Virus record (IMG/VR): IMGVR_UViG_3300035146_000010
Source of the DNA: a virus
Length of the DNA stretch: 64,000 nucleotides
Reading direction: 5' to 3' (one strand)
Part shown: positions 60,376 to 64,000 of the stretch, one piece after another
How the letters are laid out: every line of letters begins with the position of its first letter
Position numbering within the stretch: the first letter of the stretch is position 1
Translations under genes and position numbers: made by a program
The notes under the pieces: generated by a model
Seen by the model: only the letters and a program-made list of their open reading frames with translations
What the model was told of the DNA's origin: nothing
The model's database searches: none

Positions 60376-61408
60376 AGAAATTGAAGAACGGGTGAAACGT
60401 CCCAAGTCAAATGAAAATAAAAAATTATTATCTACTGGATGTACTATTTTGGATTTGGTTACCGGCAAGTATCCGTATGGCATTATTAATATTGTTGGTG
60501 ATACTTCTACCGGGAAAACATATCTAACATTAGAAACACTGGCCTATCTTATACAAAAAAATAATAAAAAAATAAAATGGTTTTGGGATAAGGCAGAGGG
60601 CCGGTTTTCTTGGGACACACAAAGTCGGTATGGGTATGAAATTTTAACTGAGGAAATGGAAAACCGAAAATCCAAAACGGTTGAGGACATGGCATTTAAT
60701 TTACAACATGAACTTAAGTCTTTAAAAAAAGATACTGTTTTAGTATATGTTGTAGACTCTCTTGATGGCCTGTCCAGTGATGAGGAAATTATCCGGGACG
60801 AAAAAAAATATCAGGCAAAATCAAAAGGTAAAAAATTAGAAAAAGGAACATATGGAATGGGAAAGGCGCGTGATATGTCCCGGTTTTTTCGATTACGCAC
60901 AAAAGACATAGAAGATAAAAAATGTCTTTTAATAATAATATCCCAGGTTAGAGAAAATATTGGGGTTTCGTTCGGGAGAAAATACCGGCGTAACGGCGGA
61001 AAGGGACTAGACCATTACGCTAATAGTATTGTGTGGTTGGCTGTTGCTGAAAGACATAAAAAGAAAGGTCGGGAAATTGGGGCAACAATAAAAATCAAGC
61101 CCGATAAAACTAGCAACGGAACTCCCGGCCGTGAAGGATTTATTGAGTTAATTTATGATTATGGTGTCGATAATGTTGGTACTAACATAAATTTTCTATA
61201 TGACCTTAAAACGGATACCGGAAAAAATATATCTGATATGCATAAAAAATTATTAGACTGGGACGGGAAGGAACTAACCAGAAAAAAACTAATACGTTAC
61301 ATAGAAAAAAATGATTTAGAAGATGAATTGGAACGGAGGGTGGTTAGTAAGTGGAATGAAATTGAGGATAGTATTTCTAGTAAGGAGAGAAAACCGAAAT
61401 GGCAATAA
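60350..61408 (+). CDS. RecA/UvsX-like recombinase
   Basis: Walker A GDTSTGKTY, Walker B VYVVDSLDGL, IIISQVREN. Confidence 0.7.
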   Translation: MAARRKIVEEIEERVKRPKSNENKKLLSTGCTILDLVTGKYPYGIINIVGDTSTGKTYLTLETLAYLIQKNNKKIKWFWDKAEGRFSWDTQSRYGYEILTEEMENRKSKTVEDMAFNLQHELKSLKKDTVLVYVVDSLDGLSSDEEIIRDEKKYQAKSKGKKLEKGTYGMGKARDMSRFFRLRTKDIEDKKCLLIIISQVRENIGVSFGRKYRRNGGKGLDHYANSIVWLAVAERHKKKGREIGATIKIKPDKTSNGTPGREGFIELIYDYGVDNVGTNINFLYDLKTDTGKNISDMHKKLLDWDGKELTRKKLIRYIEKNDLEDELERRVVSKWNEIEDSISSKERKPKWQ

Positions 61409-61791
61409 AAACAAGCAGTGCAAAAGCTAAGGGCCGGAACTTGCAAAAATGGGTATGTAAAAAATTGGCCGACGTGTTTAAACTTTCGCATGGTTATGCG
61501 GATACTGCGGACATAAAGCCCCGGCCAATGGGACAAAGCGGTGTTGATATTATTTTTAATTCGGATCAAGCGCAAGACCTATATCCATATTCCATAGAGT
61601 GCAAATCAACAGAGCACTTTAATTTAAATGAAACATTAAAACAAGCCAAGAAAAATTGTGTTTCGGGAACAGAGTGGTTAATAGTTTTAAAGAAAAAAAG
61701 TTTTAAAAATCCGATCGTAATTATGGATTTTGATGTTTTTGTTTCTTTAAATATAAGTAGGTTGTTTCGGATGGGTGCTATTGATGATTAA
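61399..61791 (+). CDS. PD-(D/E)xK nuclease (Holliday-junction resolvase-like)
   Basis: GVDIIF...YSIECKS core. About 130 aa. Follows the recombinase gene. Confidence 0.45.
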   Translation: MAIKTSSAKAKGRNLQKWVCKKLADVFKLSHGYADTADIKPRPMGQSGVDIIFNSDQAQDLYPYSIECKSTEHFNLNETLKQAKKNCVSGTEWLIVLKKKSFKNPIVIMDFDVFVSLNISRLFRMGAIDD

Positions 61792-62698
61792 AAAATTAGT
61801 TATAAATAATTTTCAAAATTGGGAAAATGCAAAATTTAATTTTTGTCCCGGTGTTAATATAATTGTGGGCCCGACTGATTCCGGGAAATCTGCTTTTTAT
61901 AGGATATTAAAATGGATTTTTCAAAATGTTCCGTCCGGTGACGGCTATGTCCAGCATGGTCAAGATATGTGCAAAGGGATTGTTGTGTTAGATGACAACA
62001 CAAAAGTAATAAGAAAAAGAATAAAAAATAATAATGAGTATAAAATTATAAAAGGAGAAATTAAAAAATCATATAAAGCCTTTGGACAGAAAGTCCCTGA
62101 AGATATACAAACAGTAATAAATTTAGAAGATATTAATTTTCAGGACCAGAGCGATTCTCATTTTTTGCTTTCTAAAAGTTCCGGCGAAATTTCCAGATAT
62201 TTCAATAAAGTTGTTGATTTGGAAAAAATTGATGATGTGATTAAGGGAGCGGAAAAGGAACGGCGCGAAACAGTAACAAAAATAAACTATATTGATAGCG
62301 AAATAAAAGAAGAAGAAAAAGAGTTACTTGAATATGAATGGATAGATGCGGCTGAAAAAGAATTATTGCAGTTAGAAAAATTGGAAAATGCAGTAGACAA
62401 AATAAAAGATAAAGTAATTAAGATTGATGAAATAATATTAGAAAATAAAAAAATAGAAGATTATCAAGTCGAAATAAATTTAAAAAATGCAAATAAAGAA
62501 TACCGGGAAATTAATGTGAAACACGAAGAATTAAAAAGACATAAATCTATCTTGGAAAAATTAAAAAATATAGAAACATCTTTAAATGAATTAAATATCG
62601 GGATAGAGCAAACAACCAAATTAATATCTAAAAGCCAAAAAAAATATAATGAGGTAATGGGAGACCGTTGTCCCCTTTGTCAGGGAGAGATAAAATGA
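61784..62698 (+). CDS. Rad50/SbcC/gp46-like ATPase, N-terminal half ending at the zinc hook
   Basis: MIKKLVINNFQNW...VGPTDSGKSAF Walker A, a long coiled coil, and a C-terminus ...DRCPLCQGEIK*. Confidence 0.6.
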   Translation: MIKKLVINNFQNWENAKFNFCPGVNIIVGPTDSGKSAFYRILKWIFQNVPSGDGYVQHGQDMCKGIVVLDDNTKVIRKRIKNNNEYKIIKGEIKKSYKAFGQKVPEDIQTVINLEDINFQDQSDSHFLLSKSSGEISRYFNKVVDLEKIDDVIKGAEKERRETVTKINYIDSEIKEEEKELLEYEWIDAAEKELLQLEKLENAVDKIKDKVIKIDEIILENKKIEDYQVEINLKNANKEYREINVKHEELKRHKSILEKLKNIETSLNELNIGIEQTTKLISKSQKKYNEVMGDRCPLCQGEIK

Positions 62699-62889
62699 TA
62701 TCTAAAATTTTTATAACAGTATATATTATAATAACAATTGGATGGGTTTCTTTTTATTATAATTCAAAAATAAAAGAAATTATATATGATGATAATTTTA
62801 AAATTAAAGAAAATAATATCAATATAGCTACGGCTATTTGGGTGTCTATTGCAATTATTTGTATAATTTTATTATGGAGGAATGTATGA
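62695..62889 (+). CDS. Small two-helix membrane protein
   Basis: ATGA coupling. GGGAGAG RBS. Confidence 0.45.
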   Translation: MISKIFITVYIIITIGWVSFYYNSKIKEIIYDDNFKIKENNINIATAIWVSIAIICIILLWRNV

Positions 62890-63131
62890 AACTTTTAAAA
62901 ATTAAAATTAGATTGTCTATATATGTATTATTTTTATCTGTATTGATTTTAGCATGGGCGTTTGCTGTCTTGTATCCGTTATTTTTTTGGTATGAAAATC
63001 CTCAATGTACCCAGATGCAAATTTTAAGAAGATTTTGGAAAACATATTTAGTTTTTCTTTTAAATCTTCCTGTTATTTTTCATATGTTATATGTTTTGCG
63101 AAAGTGTAAAGGACAAAAAAATGACAAATAA
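62886..63131 (+). CDS. Small membrane protein
   Basis: ATGA coupling. GGAGGA RBS. Confidence 0.45.
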   Translation: MKLLKIKIRLSIYVLFLSVLILAWAFAVLYPLFFWYENPQCTQMQILRRFWKTYLVFLLNLPVIFHMLYVLRKCKGQKNDK

Positions 63132-63996
63132 AGTGGATGCAATTTTTTGTGCTGATTTGCACTTAATGGAACGGGTTCCGCCTTGTCGAACGGACAAAGA
63201 TTTTATTAAAATACAATTAGATAAAATTTATTGGATTCTTACGTGGCAGGATAAATATGAATGCCCGGTGTTTGTTGCCGGGGACATTTTCGACAAATCC
63301 CGTTTGTCTAAAGAATCGGACATCAGGTGGATAGAAGTTTTCAATACTTCAAATAGGGGATTGTTTGTAATTCCTGGACAACATGATTTGCCGAATCATA
63401 ATATAGAAAAATTTGGCGATTCTTCTTTGGGAGTTGTTGAAAAGTCTGTTGAAGATTTCTTTGTTGATCCTGTTCCGTTCGAAACAATAAGTACTTATTG
63501 GAAGATAGGCAACAGAAACATTGCAATGATACACAAATTAATTCATAAAAATAATGACAGTAAAATTAAAGCAGACGGAAAAATAATTTCATATAGTGCA
63601 AAACGGATACTTAAAGAAAACCCGGATTATGATGTAATAGTTTCCGGGGATAATCATAAAACGTTTGTGCAAGAGTGCCAGGGCCGGCTGCTTGTTAATC
63701 CGGGTAGTATGTTGCGTTTAACTGCGGCACAAATAGATCACCGGCCGTGCGTATTTTTGTATAATGCAGAAAACAATACAGTACGGCCGGAATATTTTCC
63801 GATTAAAAAATCGTCCGTTGTCCGGGACTACATAGATATAGAAAAAGAACATTCTAATGAAATGGACGCATATGTGGACCGGTTAAACGATAATGAAGAA
63901 ATTGGCTTGAGCTACGATAGTAATATGAAAAAGTTTTTACAAAAAAATAATATAGAAAAATCGGTTGTTAAAAAAATTTGGTCTTGGATGGAGTAG
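63121..63996 (+). CDS. Mre11/SbcD/gp47-like metallophosphoesterase nuclease
   Basis: FCADLHL (motif I), VAGDIFD (II), IPGQHD (III), VSGDNHK (V). Confidence 0.7.
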   Translation: MTNKVDAIFCADLHLMERVPPCRTDKDFIKIQLDKIYWILTWQDKYECPVFVAGDIFDKSRLSKESDIRWIEVFNTSNRGLFVIPGQHDLPNHNIEKFGDSSLGVVEKSVEDFFVDPVPFETISTYWKIGNRNIAMIHKLIHKNNDSKIKADGKIISYSAKRILKENPDYDVIVSGDNHKTFVQECQGRLLVNPGSMLRLTAAQIDHRPCVFLYNAENNTVRPEYFPIKKSSVVRDYIDIEKEHSNEMDAYVDRLNDNEEIGLSYDSNMKKFLQKNNIEKSVVKKIWSWME

Positions 63997-64000
63997 GTTA

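Noticed and set aside
1-64000. Possible alternative genetic code or stop-codon reassignment, considered because of the odd tRNA-like gene.
   Set aside because: Long uninterrupted ORFs with recognisable motifs (847-aa polymerase, 749-aa helicase-methyltransferase, 538-aa tape measure) read correctly in the standard code. Genes end at all three stop codons at sensible junctions.

Overview
The window looks like most of the genome of a visibly AT-rich tailed dsDNA phage with a contractile tail. Genes are almost all on the + strand, tightly packed, and preceded by strong AAGGAG-type ribosome-binding sites.

Order of modules:
- 1-3.9 kb: small early-type ORFs.
- 4.0-4.75 kb: terS-like gene.
- 4.7-7.5 kb: lysis-type cassette.
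- 7.5-8.0 kb: GNAT-like gene.
- 8.0-9.5 kb: terL.
- 9.7-14.0 kb: seven-gene insertion resembling an array-less type IV-B CRISPR-Cas effector module (csf1-like, cas11-like, csf2/cas7-like, csf3/cas5-like, cysH-like PP-loop enzyme), with two extra genes: a double zinc-ribbon protein and a minimal SPOUT RNA methyltransferase.
- 14.0-16.5 kb: portal and MuF-like protein.
- 16.5-20.1 kb: small genes and a structured non-coding locus with tRNA-like elements at 18.5-19.05 kb.
- 20.3-38.6 kb: head and contractile-tail morphogenesis (DUF2213 scaffold/protease, decoration-like protein, major capsid protein, connectors, DUF3383 sheath, DUF3277 tube, chaperone with probable -1 frameshift, tape measure, baseplate, fiber).
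- 38.6-41.9 kb: minus-strand accessory island.
- 42-64 kb: replication, recombination and DNA-modification genes (sigma-like factor, helicases, primase, initiator, YopX, DnaB-like helicase, Dcm-type and helicase-fused N6/N4 methyltransferases, clamp, UDG-PolA fusion, clamp loader, gp32-like SSB, RecA-like recombinase, nuclease, Rad50-like N-terminal half, Mre11/SbcD-like nuclease).

Recurrent non-coding elements are two promoter families, a ~115-nt regulatory cassette in three copies, a 60-nt GC-rich repeat and many intrinsic terminators. I found no CRISPR array, cas1/cas2, cas6, dinG, integrase or reverse transcriptase in the window.

All functional calls come from reading motifs in the supplied translations. 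No database search was run.
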